From Candidatus Zixiibacteriota bacterium (lineage in GTDB: Bacteria > Zixibacteria > MSB-5A5 > GN15 > FEB-12), in NCBI GenBank assembly GCA_041742355.1, contig JBGSIV010000218.1, forward strand, positions 1 to 19,113: a stretch of 19,113 nucleotides of DNA, in the 5' to 3' direction. Positions 1-8,235 of this stretch are shown here, one piece after another. Below the pieces are notes generated by a model. That model did no database searches, had not been told where the DNA came from, and saw only the letters and a list, made by a program, of their open reading frames with translations. How positions within the stretch are numbered: the stretch's first letter is position 1; every line of letters begins with the position of its first letter. Position numbers and translations under genes: made by a program.

Positions 1-2
1 TC

Positions 3-1850
3 ATACTGCTCAAGAAGTCACCCTTTGAATACCTGCCGGTCTTCCGGACGGAAGGACAGGGGCTCAACCCGCTCCTGCAGAACTACTGGATGACCATCCA
101 CCCGCCGATCATGTTTGTCGGTTTCGCCGCGGCCGTCATCCCGGCCGCGTTTGCCATGAACGCCCTGGTGTCGCGGCGGTATTCCGAATGGGCCGAATCG
201 GCCCGCCGATGGACGCTGTTTGCCTGGGCCGCGCTCGGCATCTCGCTCACGATGGGCGGCTACTGGGCCTACGAAACGCTCGGCTGGGGCGGATTCTGGG
301 CCTGGGATCCGGTCGAAAACTCGTCCTTCATTCCGTGGATCTTCCTCGCGGCGCAGGTGCACACGCTCTTCATCAAGCGCCAGAACAACGGCCTCATGCG
401 GTTCTCGCTCGTTATCGTGCTCCTGACTTTCTGGTCGGTGCTGTACGGCACCTTCCTCACCCGTTCGGGAGTGCTCGCCGATTTCTCGGTCCACTCGTTT
501 GTCGATCTGGGAATCAACGGCTTCCTGATCGGCGGGCTGATCGCCTTCATCGCGCTCGGGCTGTTCCTGCTCGTATTGCGCTGGCGGGATGTCAAGCCGG
601 GCAAGTCGTTCTCGCAGGTAGCCTCGCGGTCATACCTCGTATCCCTCGGCATTGTCATCCTGTTTGTCGGCGGCGTGCTCACCCTGATCGGGACCTCGGC
701 GCCGCTCCTGACCCGGGTCACCGGGGATCCGTCGGCCGTCGGGTTGTCGTACTACTTCGCGACCATGACGCCGGTGGCGGTGGCGGTGCTCTTCCTCCTG
801 GCCCTGTTCCCGAGTTTCAAGTGGAATCATGGCCTCTCGCGGCCGACCCTGATCACCATCGGGGGCGTGGTGGCGGGACTGACGATACTCACGCTGTTGC
901 TGCTGGGTGTGACGACCCAGGTGATCTACCTGCTCCTCTTCGGCGGGGCGGCATGGGCGCTGGTGTCCAATGGGTATGCCCTGGGATCATCGTGGCGCAA
1001 GGGAAGCATTCAACCGGCATACCTCGCGCATATCGGGCTGGCGGTCGCGCTGGTCGGAGCGGCGGCCTCGGCCGGGTTCGAGACGAAACAGGTCGTGGGA
1101 TTGCCGCAGGGCAAGGCGGTGACCGTCATGGGGCGCGAGATGACTTTCACCCAGACGGCCTCGACCGCGAAGGGGTTCGACTGCCATGTCGAAGTTACCG
1201 ACGGCGGGACGCAGTTCACCGCCGTCATGCCGCACGAATTCCCGGCCAACCAGGAAGGCGTCATGAAGAAGCCCCATGTCGAGAAGTTCCTGGGCTACGA
1301 CCTGTACTTCTCGCCCAATTCGCTCAAGCAGGCTGAATCGGCCGACCCGGGCGCGATGACGCTGGCGAAGGGGGAGTCGCGGCAGATGGACAAGTACTCG
1401 ATAACCTTTCATGCGTTCGATCTGGGCGGCCACGGCGAAGATGCCATGACCGAGGCCGGAGCGCTCCTCACCATCACCTGGGACGGGCAGAGCGAAGACG
1501 TCCGGCCGGCGCTGCAGGTGCGGGGGAAAGATGACCTCATGACGATCCCGGCGACATTCGACAACGGGCGGGGGACAATCAAGATCGCCGGCGTGCGGCC
1601 GGATGACGGCTCGGTGGTGTTGTCGGTAACGGGGGACTTTGTCCCGCCGGCGGCAGAACCCTCGGTGCTTGTCGTGGAGGTTTCAAAGAAGCCGCTGATC
1701 AATCTGTTCTGGCTGGGAACGATAATGCTGTTCGTCTCGGGGTTGTGGTCTATGCGCGAGCGCCGTCGCCGTCGGGCGGCGTCGACCGCTGACGGCCAAA
1801 CCGGCTCAACGGACCCGGTTAATCCTGTTTCGGCCAAAATATCCGCTTGA
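3..1850 (+). CDS. ccmF: Cytochrome c-type biogenesis heme lyase CcmF/NrfE family (5'-truncated by window edge)
   Basis: Frame is open from position 3 (ILLKKSPFEYLPVFRTEGQGLNPLLQNYWMTIHPP), so the ATG at 90 is internal. Hallmark motifs: GLNPLLQ..M.IHPP, WWD motif WGGFWAWDPVEN, and GTFLTRSG...SVHSF. Many TM segments. Confidence 0.95.
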   Translation: MLLKKSPFEYLPVFRTEGQGLNPLLQNYWMTIHPPIMFVGFAAAVIPAAFAMNALVSRRYSEWAESARRWTLFAWAALGISLTMGGYWAYETLGWGGFWAWDPVENSSFIPWIFLAAQVHTLFIKRQNNGLMRFSLVIVLLTFWSVLYGTFLTRSGVLADFSVHSFVDLGINGFLIGGLIAFIALGLFLLVLRWRDVKPGKSFSQVASRSYLVSLGIVILFVGGVLTLIGTSAPLLTRVTGDPSAVGLSYYFATMTPVAVAVLFLLALFPSFKWNHGLSRPTLITIGGVVAGLTILTLLLLGVTTQVIYLLLFGGAAWALVSNGYALGSSWRKGSIQPAYLAHIGLAVALVGAAASAGFETKQVVGLPQGKAVTVMGREMTFTQTASTAKGFDCHVEVTDGGTQFTAVMPHEFPANQEGVMKKPHVEKFLGYDLYFSPNSLKQAESADPGAMTLAKGESRQMDKYSITFHAFDLGGHGEDAMTEAGALLTITWDGQSEDVRPALQVRGKDDLMTIPATFDNGRGTIKIAGVRPDDGSVVLSVTGDFVPPAAEPSVLVVEVSKKPLINLFWLGTIMLFVSGLWSMRERRRRRAASTADGQTGSTDPVNPVSAKISA

Positions 1851-1946
1851 TCTGAATGCAGGGTCGGCAGTATCTTACTCTTGCTTGCAGGGCAGGTGAT
1901 CCTGTCTTGATTGGCCCGCTCGGGCCGTCTAACGCAGCGAATACGC

Positions 1947-2261
1947 ATGGGCAGTAAAATACGGATGGGAAGGCTGACCGACCTTCCGCCGGGACGGGTC
2001 CTGGACAAACGGATCCTGGCGCGGCGGATCATGGTGGTCAACGACGGCGGGGAGTTCTACGCCCTCGAAGGGGACTGCAAACACATGAAAGCGTCCCTGG
2101 CCGGAGGGCGGATTCACGAGGGAACGGTGACCTGTCTGATGCACGGCTGGAAGTACGATTTGAAAACCGGGGCCTGTCTCACCGACAGCGCATTCCGACT
2201 GAAGACCTACCCGGTGGAGATCGAAAATGGCGAGATTTTCGTGGTGATAGAACATGGCTGA
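1947..2261 (+). CDS. Rieske-type [2Fe-2S] ferredoxin
   Basis: C-x-H (DCKH) and C-x-x-H (TCLMHGWKYDL.TG) Rieske ligand boxes; LKTYPVEIENGEIFV tail typical of small Rieske ferredoxins. ATG at 1947 preferred over TTG at 1911. Confidence 0.9.
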   Translation: MGSKIRMGRLTDLPPGRVLDKRILARRIMVVNDGGEFYALEGDCKHMKASLAGGRIHEGTVTCLMHGWKYDLKTGACLTDSAFRLKTYPVEIENGEIFVVIEHG

Positions 2262-2892
2262 GAAGGCGGCGAACCTGTTCACCCGGGTGCACAAGTATAT
2301 GGAGAGCGTGTTGCCGCCTCGCCCGCCCGTGCTGCGCGAAATGGAGCAGTACGCGGCCGAGAATGATTTCCCGATCGTCGGTCCCCTCGTCGGCCGGCTC
2401 CTCTATCAACTGGCGGTGATGACCAAAGCGCGGCGCGTGTTCGAACTCGGCTCGGGGTACGGATACAGCGCCTACTGGTTCTCGCTGGCGATGGGGAGCA
2501 GGGGAGAGATCATTATGACCGATACCGACAAGAACAACAAGAAGCGGGCCATGGACTACTTCATGCGCGCCGGACTGGACACCCGCCTGGATTTCAGAGT
2601 CGGCGACGCGCTCAAGGGGATCGCGAAGGAAGAGGGGCCGTTCGACATCATATTCAACGACATCGACAAGCACGACTACCCCAGGACCATCGACCTCGTG
2701 GCGCCGCGACTGCGCAAGGGGGGCTTGTTCATCACGGATAATGTGATCTGGGACGGAAAGGTGGCCGAGAAGTCCCCCGACGCCACGACGGCGGCGATCA
2801 TGGAATTCAACGCCGAGCTGATGCGAGACTCCCGCTTCTACACGACGATCGTCCCGATCCGGGACGGCGTGGCGGTGGCGCTCCGGGTGTAG
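2254..2892 (+). CDS. Class I SAM-dependent O-methyltransferase (COMT/YrrM-like)
   Basis: SAM motif VFELGSGYGYSA; FDIIFNDIDK...Y; LRKGGLFITDNVIWDG; IRDGV tail. Overlaps the Rieske stop by 8 bp. Confidence 0.92.
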   Translation: MAEKAANLFTRVHKYMESVLPPRPPVLREMEQYAAENDFPIVGPLVGRLLYQLAVMTKARRVFELGSGYGYSAYWFSLAMGSRGEIIMTDTDKNNKKRAMDYFMRAGLDTRLDFRVGDALKGIAKEEGPFDIIFNDIDKHDYPRTIDLVAPRLRKGGLFITDNVIWDGKVAEKSPDATTAAIMEFNAELMRDSRFYTTIVPIRDGVAVALRV

Positions 2893-2957
2893 GCGGGATC
2901 CGTCGGGCGCAGAACTTGTCAGCGCGTGTCAGGCACCGCCAAAATTGTCCCGCGCGG

Positions 2958-2984
2958 TGAAACAAAGACAGCGGGCGAAGCGTT
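2958..2984 (+). promoter_or_regulatory. Putative ECF-sigma promoter
   Basis: TGAAAC (2958-2963), 17 nt, CGTT (2981-2984); matches the AAC...CGT pattern of many ECF promoters. Confidence 0.45.
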
Positions 2985-2990
2985 TAAATC

Positions 2991-3180
2991 AATGACAGCA
3001 CGGCTCAAGCCTGAGCCGCTGATTTCCGATAGTACCTGTGAACGATCATTGATTCGGTAAATCACGAAAGCTGAAAACATCGAGATCGCCAGGACCGGAA
3101 CGGATCCGGCAACGCGGCATCATCGGGATCCTGCAGGAATGTGTACAAGGGGTGGTCAGGGCCGCGCGGTGCGCGGCGAC
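2991..3180 (+). ncRNA. Candidate structured small RNA of unknown family
   Basis: Serial hairpins right after the ECF-like promoter: CGGCTCA/TGAGCCG (3001-3018), TGATTTCCGA/TCGG-T-AAATCA (3020-3064), CCGGA/TCCGG (3095-3109), GCCGCGC/GCGCGGC (3161-3177). No substantial ORF. Confidence 0.3.
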
Positions 3181-3206
3181 GGGCAACAATTTTCACAGAA
3201 TTTGTA

Positions 3207-3237
3207 TTGACAACGGGCGGTAAAAAGACGTTACATT
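3207..3237 (+). promoter_or_regulatory. Putative sigma70 promoter for the ArsC/Spx-family gene
   Basis: Perfect TTGACA (3207-3212) in AT-rich context, then TTACAT/TACATT at 18-19 nt spacing (slightly long). Confidence 0.5.
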
Positions 3238-3403
3238 TATCCCCGTTAGGCCTGAGTCGCCATTCGCGACGATGAACCCTGATGTCCCCGATCCCCGGCT
3301 TGACTCCTCCATCAGAGCGGTCGCCGAATCATAGAGTAAACGGTAAACAACCATCGCACAACGTGCGATTTTCACAGCAGTAGAGGTATCCTCAGGAGGT
3401 ATC

Positions 3404-3835
3404 ATGGCACCAAAGCGTGCAAAGTATTACTCGTACGGCGACGACGCTCGCTGTACCGAGGTCAAGAAATACATCGAAGACTCAGGCATTCTGCTCGATG
3501 TGCGGGACCTTGCGAAACACCCGCTCACCCGGAATGAACTGGCCGACCTGATTGGCCACCTGAGCATCGATCATTTCCTGAACCACATGTCCGAGTCGTA
3601 TATCAACCACAACCTGGACGAGGTGAAGCTCAGCCGCGAGGAGCTCTTCGAGCTGATGGCGGCCGATTACACCCTCATCCGCAAGCCGATTATCGTGTCC
3701 TCCCGGCTCATGACAATCGGATACGACAAGAAGAAAATCGCCGAAATGCTCCAGATCAACAGCAACGGCCAGGCCGAGCAGACAGTCCCGGAAAACCGGG
3801 GAAATCGGCGGGCGCCGGCGGGGGCCAATCGATAA
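3404..3835 (+). CDS. ArsC/Spx/MgsR family protein (atypical DxxC N-terminal motif)
   Basis: AGGAGG RBS; ...RDLAKHPLTRNELADLI, FLN..S..Y, LIRKPIIV...MTIGYD pattern of the ArsC/Spx fold. Confidence 0.85.
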   Translation: MAPKRAKYYSYGDDARCTEVKKYIEDSGILLDVRDLAKHPLTRNELADLIGHLSIDHFLNHMSESYINHNLDEVKLSREELFELMAADYTLIRKPIIVSSRLMTIGYDKKKIAEMLQINSNGQAEQTVPENRGNRRAPAGANR

Positions 3836-3854
3836 GCGGGAATTTCATTAGTAC

Positions 3855-3883
3855 TTTCCATCCTGGCCTGTCTTGACTATATT
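3855..3883 (+). promoter_or_regulatory. Putative sigma70 promoter for ETF-QO
   Basis: TTTCCA, 17 nt, TATATT, about 30 nt upstream of ATG 3915. Confidence 0.4.
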
Positions 3884-3914
3884 CCGTGCGTTCGCTTGCT
3901 GAAAGGTGGAACGT

Positions 3915-5591
3915 ATGGAAGTAGAGCGCGAAGTCCTCGAGACAGACATTGCGATCGTGGGGGCAGGGCCGGCCGGACTCGCGCTGGCCTATAAACTCGC
4001 ACAACTGGTCCAGGCCGACGGCAGCGTCGCCATGCCCGAGATCCTCCTCATGGAGAAAGGATCGTACGCGGGGGCACACTCGCTGTCAGGGGCCGTCATG
4101 GATCCGCGCGGAATCCGCGAACTGATCCCCGATTTCGTTGAGAAAGGCGCGCCGCTGGCGGCGAAAGTCGGCGCCGACGCCATGTACTGGCTCTCCGAAG
4201 ACGGGGCCACCAGGTTCCCGTTCCTGCCGCCCTCCTTGTCCAACGAGGGAAACTACATCATCTCGCTGAACAAGTTCGTCGGCTGGCTGACCTCCCAGGT
4301 GGAAGCGGTGGGGATCGACATCTACGCCGGCCTGTCCGGGTACGAACTGCTGGTCGAGAACGACGCGGTCGTCGGGATCCAGACCAACGACCTCGGAATG
4401 GACAAGCACGGCCATCCCAAATCGAATTTCGAACCGGGCTCTGTCGTGAAGCCCAAAGTCACGGTTCTCTGCGAAGGCGTGCGGGGATCGCTGACCCGGA
4501 TGGCAATGGAGAAGATCCCGGCGCTGACCGCCGGTGTCACACCGCAGGCGTACCTGACCGGCGTGAAAGAAGTCTGGGAGGTTCCCGCCGGGCGAATCAA
4601 GGCCGGAACGGTCATGCACACGATCGGCTGGCCGCAACCGAACAACGAGTACGGCGGCGGCTGGGTGTACGCCATGAGCGACACCATGGTCTCGGTCGGA
4701 TACGCGGTCGGACTGAACTCCCCCGACCCCACCAACGACCCGCACATGAAATTCCAGCGCTACAAGACGCATCCGCTCATCCGCCAGATTCTCGAGGGCG
4801 GGCAGATGCAGCACTACGGCGCCAAAGCAATCCCCGACAACGGCTACTACTCGATGCCGAAGTTGTACCACGAGGGGCTCCTCCTCTGCGGCGACTGCGC
4901 TGGTATGCTCGATCCGGCGCGGCTCAAAGGCGTCCACCTTGCCATCAAAGCGGGGATGCTCGCTGCCGAAACGCTGTTCGAATGCGTCAAGGCGGGGGAT
5001 TACTCGACCAACCGCCTCAAAGGCTACGCCGAGCGGTTCGAGACGAGCTGGGCCAAAGAGGAGATGTACCGGACGCGCAATTTCCACGCCGGGTTCAAGA
5101 AGGGACTGCTGCCGGGAATGTTCCACGCGGCGGTGCAGACCGTGACCGGCGGGCGCGGAGTGTTCGATCACCGCGAGAAGAAGCCCGACCACGAGTACAT
5201 GCTCACCATCAGCGAATACGAAAAACGCTTCGGCCATGCGCCGGAAAAGGCCCGGGTCAGATTCGACAACGAGTACCTGTTCGACAAGCTGACCGATGTC
5301 TACAAGTCCGGCACCATGCACGAGGAAGAGCAGCCGCCGCACCTGGTCATCGCCGACTACGACATCTGCAACAACCGGTGCACGGTGGAGTACGGCAATC
5401 CCTGCCAGCACTTCTGCCCCGCGCAGGTGTACGAGATGGTCGACGACGACACGCGGCCGGGGATGAAGAAACTGCAGCTGACGCCCTCGAACTGCGTCCA
5501 CTGCAAGACCTGCGATATCGCCGATCCCTACGGGATCATCCGGTGGGTGACGCCGCAGGGTGGCGAGGGCCCGAACTACGAGGATCTATGA
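3915..5591 (+). CDS. Electron transfer flavoprotein-quinone oxidoreductase (ETF-QO)
   Basis: FAD motif IVGAGPAGL; GAHSLSGA; KGVHLAIKAGMLAAE; C-terminal 4Fe-4S domain CQHFCPAQVYE...NCVHCKTCDIADP...WVTPQGGEGPNY. ATG 3915 follows AAGGTGG. Confidence 0.95.
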   Translation: MEVEREVLETDIAIVGAGPAGLALAYKLAQLVQADGSVAMPEILLMEKGSYAGAHSLSGAVMDPRGIRELIPDFVEKGAPLAAKVGADAMYWLSEDGATRFPFLPPSLSNEGNYIISLNKFVGWLTSQVEAVGIDIYAGLSGYELLVENDAVVGIQTNDLGMDKHGHPKSNFEPGSVVKPKVTVLCEGVRGSLTRMAMEKIPALTAGVTPQAYLTGVKEVWEVPAGRIKAGTVMHTIGWPQPNNEYGGGWVYAMSDTMVSVGYAVGLNSPDPTNDPHMKFQRYKTHPLIRQILEGGQMQHYGAKAIPDNGYYSMPKLYHEGLLLCGDCAGMLDPARLKGVHLAIKAGMLAAETLFECVKAGDYSTNRLKGYAERFETSWAKEEMYRTRNFHAGFKKGLLPGMFHAAVQTVTGGRGVFDHREKKPDHEYMLTISEYEKRFGHAPEKARVRFDNEYLFDKLTDVYKSGTMHEEEQPPHLVIADYDICNNRCTVEYGNPCQHFCPAQVYEMVDDDTRPGMKKLQLTPSNCVHCKTCDIADPYGIIRWVTPQGGEGPNYEDL

Positions 5592-5620
5592 GATCGGCTG
5601 CTTATCGGCTGATAATAGTA

Positions 5621-5654
5621 ACCGGGCTGCCATTACGGCGGCCCGGTATTTTTT
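5621..5654 (+). terminator. Intrinsic terminator after ETF-QO
   Basis: ACCGGGCTGCC-ATTAC-GGCGGCCCGGT stem (one G-U pair) followed by ATTTTTT. Confidence 0.85.
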
Positions 5655-5712
5655 GCGCTGATAGTGGTGGCGTGTCCCTTCGCGCCCCCGACCGATCCTC
5701 CGTCCTCGCCTG

Positions 5713-8127
5713 CTATTTGATCAAGAGCATCTTTCGAGTCAGTTCGCCGCGATCAGTGCGGAGGCGATACAGGTACATCCCGGTCGAGACCGGCCTGCCC
5801 GACTCATCGTCGCCGCTCCATTCGACCTCGTGCGATCCCGCCGATTTCCACTCGTCAACCAACGTGAGGACCCGCTCGCCGAGCACGTTGAATATCTCGA
5901 TCGTCACCATGCACCGCGCCGGGACACTGTAGAGGATTGTCGTCACCGGGTTGAAGGGATTAGGGTAGTTTTGGCTGATCTGGAAGTCAGCCGGCAGGCC
6001 GGGCCGTGGATCATCGGGTGAATCCAGAGCGGGGTCGATGAAGCTGGTGATGAAGCAGTCGGTGCCGCCGCCCGTCACAGGCTGAGTGGGATTCAGGATC
6101 GGGAAACCTGAGGTCGACGAAGTTGCGCCGACAACGTGAATGCTGCGGTGGGACCCGAGAGCGAGGTCGGTCGCCTCCTCAGGGGAGTACCCTCCGAAAT
6201 AGGTGCCGAAGATCAGGCCGGCCCCGAGTGAATCCAGGACCGCGATAAAGGCATCGGATGAGCCGTGTATGTAGCTCTGGTAGGCGTTGGCCAGCGGGAA
6301 ATTGGTGGAATAAGTGGTTCCACAGACATAGGCGTTGCCGCCGCTGTCCACCGCCAGTCGGCCGATTTCCTCCGTGTCGGTTCCACCGAGGAAGGTGCTG
6401 TAAACGAGGGAGTCGCAGTTCCGGGGGAGTTTGATCAGGAACGCATCGGATCCGCCGCCCAATGTGGCGTCGTACGGGCGGACCGTTGGAAACCCGGCGC
6501 TGAACGTACGGCCGAGTCCATGGATAGAACCGTCCGAGCCAATCGCCAGGCTGCGTAGTTGGTCAATTGAGGCTCCCCCGAGGTAGGTGCTGAAATTCAG
6601 GTTGTCGCCCGATCGGGACAGGATCGCAAGAAAGGCATCCCGGTCGCCGCCCGAAACAGGCTGAATGGGATTCTCCAGCGGGAAGTTGCTCGACCAGGCC
6701 ATTCCCGCCAGGTAGATGAGACCGGAGTCATTCACCGCCACGGCGCTGCCGTAGTCCTCGCCGGTGCCGCCAAGGAAGGTGCAGAAAAGCAGACTGCTGC
6801 TCTCCGATTGCATCTGGCAAACGAAAGCATCGGCGCCGCCGTTGTGGGTGAGGTCGTAACCGTCCCGTACCGGGAAGTCCGACGATGAGGTCGATCCTGC
6901 TATCCAGGCAGAACCGCTGTCGCCGACTACAATATCGCTCGCATCATCGTAACCCGAGCCGCCGAGGTAGGTGGAGAAGTCAATGTTTCCGCCATCGGCC
7001 GACAGCCGAAACACGGTGCCGTCGGTGGCGCCGCCGAAGGTCATATCGACCGACCCGCCAACGGGGAAATCCGACGAGTAGGTGTAGCCCGCGACCCAGA
7101 CGCGGCCAGAATCATCAAGGTCGATCGCGATAGCCTCATCCCGGTCGCCGCCGCCGATGAACGTGCTGTAAACGAGATCCCTGTCCGCCGAAATGCAGGT
7201 GACAAACATGTCCCGGGCGCCGCCGGCGGTGCTGTCCCAGGCATTGACATGGGGAAAGTCGGCCGACTGCGTATACCCGGCAACGAAGACATTGCCTGCG
7301 CTATCGACGGCTACAGCGGTGGCCTTTTCATCCGACCCGCTCCCGCCGAGGTAGGTGCTGAAACCGAGCACCGGGTCAATTACCAGCGCCACGGATCGGT
7401 CATAGGAGTCGCCCAGGCGGAAGCCGAACGTGTGTCCATCAACTGTGTACGAGCACGGAACCGGAATCCGCCCCGCCCCGATCATCTGGTAGACCACCGG
7501 AGCGTGCTCGGTGACGCGTCCCAGCGAAGTCTCGATCACGAGGTTTCCATCGGAATCGACAGCGAGCGACCGGACGCCGTCGTAGGCTATCCGGATTGCG
7601 GAGGGGTCCGCGCCGGGGCGAATTGTGAAGTCGTACTCGATGCATCGATCCGAGCCGTAGTAGGTCAGGTCGATCCCCGGATAGAGATCACGGTATACGA
7701 GGGCCGCGTAGGAGGCGGCGCATGAGCGCCAGCGCGAGGGGTCATTACCGAGGAAGAAGTTGTTGCTGCGGCAGAGCAGGGCGGCTCCCTCCGGAGTCGG
7801 CTCCGGATCAGCGCCGGCGAATCGGGCTCGAACCAGGGTCGGAGACGCTTCCCCGCAGATTCCCGTCTGTGCGTCGCTCGGCGCAGGCGGCGCCGCGAAC
7901 TCGTAGTATACGCAGCAGGAGGAGAACCAGAGCGTGACCGGGCCGGCCTGGGCGCGAAAGTGAATACTGTCGGGCCATTGCCCCGCGTTTTCCACAAAGG
8001 CCAGCGAAGAAGCTGCATCGAGTCCCCGCAGCGGATGGTTTGATAAGTCGGAGGGAATGCCGGCGAGGGCCAGCGTGCCGGCACTCGCCGCGAGTGTCGC
8101 TGCAACCATGATTGCCCGGATCTTCAT
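5713..8127 (-). CDS. Secreted SBBP-repeat beta-propeller protein with C-terminal FlgD-Ig/T9SS-type sorting domain (804 aa)
   Basis: ATG 8127 with GGAGG RBS and signal peptide MKIRAIMVAATLAASAGTLALA. N-domain FVENAGQW...YPGIDL.Y...EYDF.I.PGADP. Seven STYLGG...S.DFP repeats. Tail NYPNPFNP...GMYLYRL...RKMLLIK. Confidence 0.9.
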   Translation of the reverse strand: MKIRAIMVAATLAASAGTLALAGIPSDLSNHPLRGLDAASSLAFVENAGQWPDSIHFRAQAGPVTLWFSSCCVYYEFAAPPAPSDAQTGICGEASPTLVRARFAGADPEPTPEGAALLCRSNNFFLGNDPSRWRSCAASYAALVYRDLYPGIDLTYYGSDRCIEYDFTIRPGADPSAIRIAYDGVRSLAVDSDGNLVIETSLGRVTEHAPVVYQMIGAGRIPVPCSYTVDGHTFGFRLGDSYDRSVALVIDPVLGFSTYLGGSGSDEKATAVAVDSAGNVFVAGYTQSADFPHVNAWDSTAGGARDMFVTCISADRDLVYSTFIGGGDRDEAIAIDLDDSGRVWVAGYTYSSDFPVGGSVDMTFGGATDGTVFRLSADGGNIDFSTYLGGSGYDDASDIVVGDSGSAWIAGSTSSSDFPVRDGYDLTHNGGADAFVCQMQSESSSLLFCTFLGGTGEDYGSAVAVNDSGLIYLAGMAWSSNFPLENPIQPVSGGDRDAFLAILSRSGDNLNFSTYLGGASIDQLRSLAIGSDGSIHGLGRTFSAGFPTVRPYDATLGGGSDAFLIKLPRNCDSLVYSTFLGGTDTEEIGRLAVDSGGNAYVCGTTYSTNFPLANAYQSYIHGSSDAFIAVLDSLGAGLIFGTYFGGYSPEEATDLALGSHRSIHVVGATSSTSGFPILNPTQPVTGGGTDCFITSFIDPALDSPDDPRPGLPADFQISQNYPNPFNPVTTILYSVPARCMVTIEIFNVLGERVLTLVDEWKSAGSHEVEWSGDDESGRPVSTGMYLYRLRTDRGELTRKMLLIK
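6040..7362 (-). repeat. Seven ~60-aa SBBP beta-propeller repeats within the CDS
   Basis: Repeat starts FSTYLGG, YSTFIGG, FSTYLGG, FCTFLGG, FSTYLGG, YSTFLGG, FGTYFGG, each followed by G.T.S..FP-like and GG.D.F-like motifs; lower boundary approximate. Confidence 0.85.
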
Positions 8128-8235
8128 AGAAATGCCTCCATCTAAAGGTGTCACGCCCGGAATCGGCAGAGCATCGATGCGGCCGGCTCTTTGGCCCCAA
8201 GGTTGCCAGACAGATTCACAATGTATTTGCAGGAA

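Noticed and set aside
188..1336. 382-aa alternative-frame ORF inside ccmF (also 4982-5932, 13401-14111, 16418-17050)
   Set aside because: Arg/Gly/Pro-rich off-frame translations typical of high-GC DNA, overlapping well-supported genes.
3010..3130. Short word similarities to E. coli 6S RNA (CCTGAGCCG..., GCGGCATC)
   Set aside because: I could not find the long end-to-end rod pairing or the usual zapA/ygfA context; an Rfam scan would settle it.
4086..5501. 471-aa antisense ORF, and similar ones at 9155-10675 (+), 10898-11860, 11957-12922, 14412-15956 and 17390-18340
   Set aside because: Codon-aligned shadows of real genes caused by GC3 bias; no recognisable motifs.
6040..7362. Periodic DNA similarity (e.g. 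GAGGTAGGTG) that could mimic a CRISPR or DGR repeat
   Set aside because: Explained by degenerate protein-level SBBP repeats; no identical repeats with spacers, and no cas or reverse transcriptase genes.
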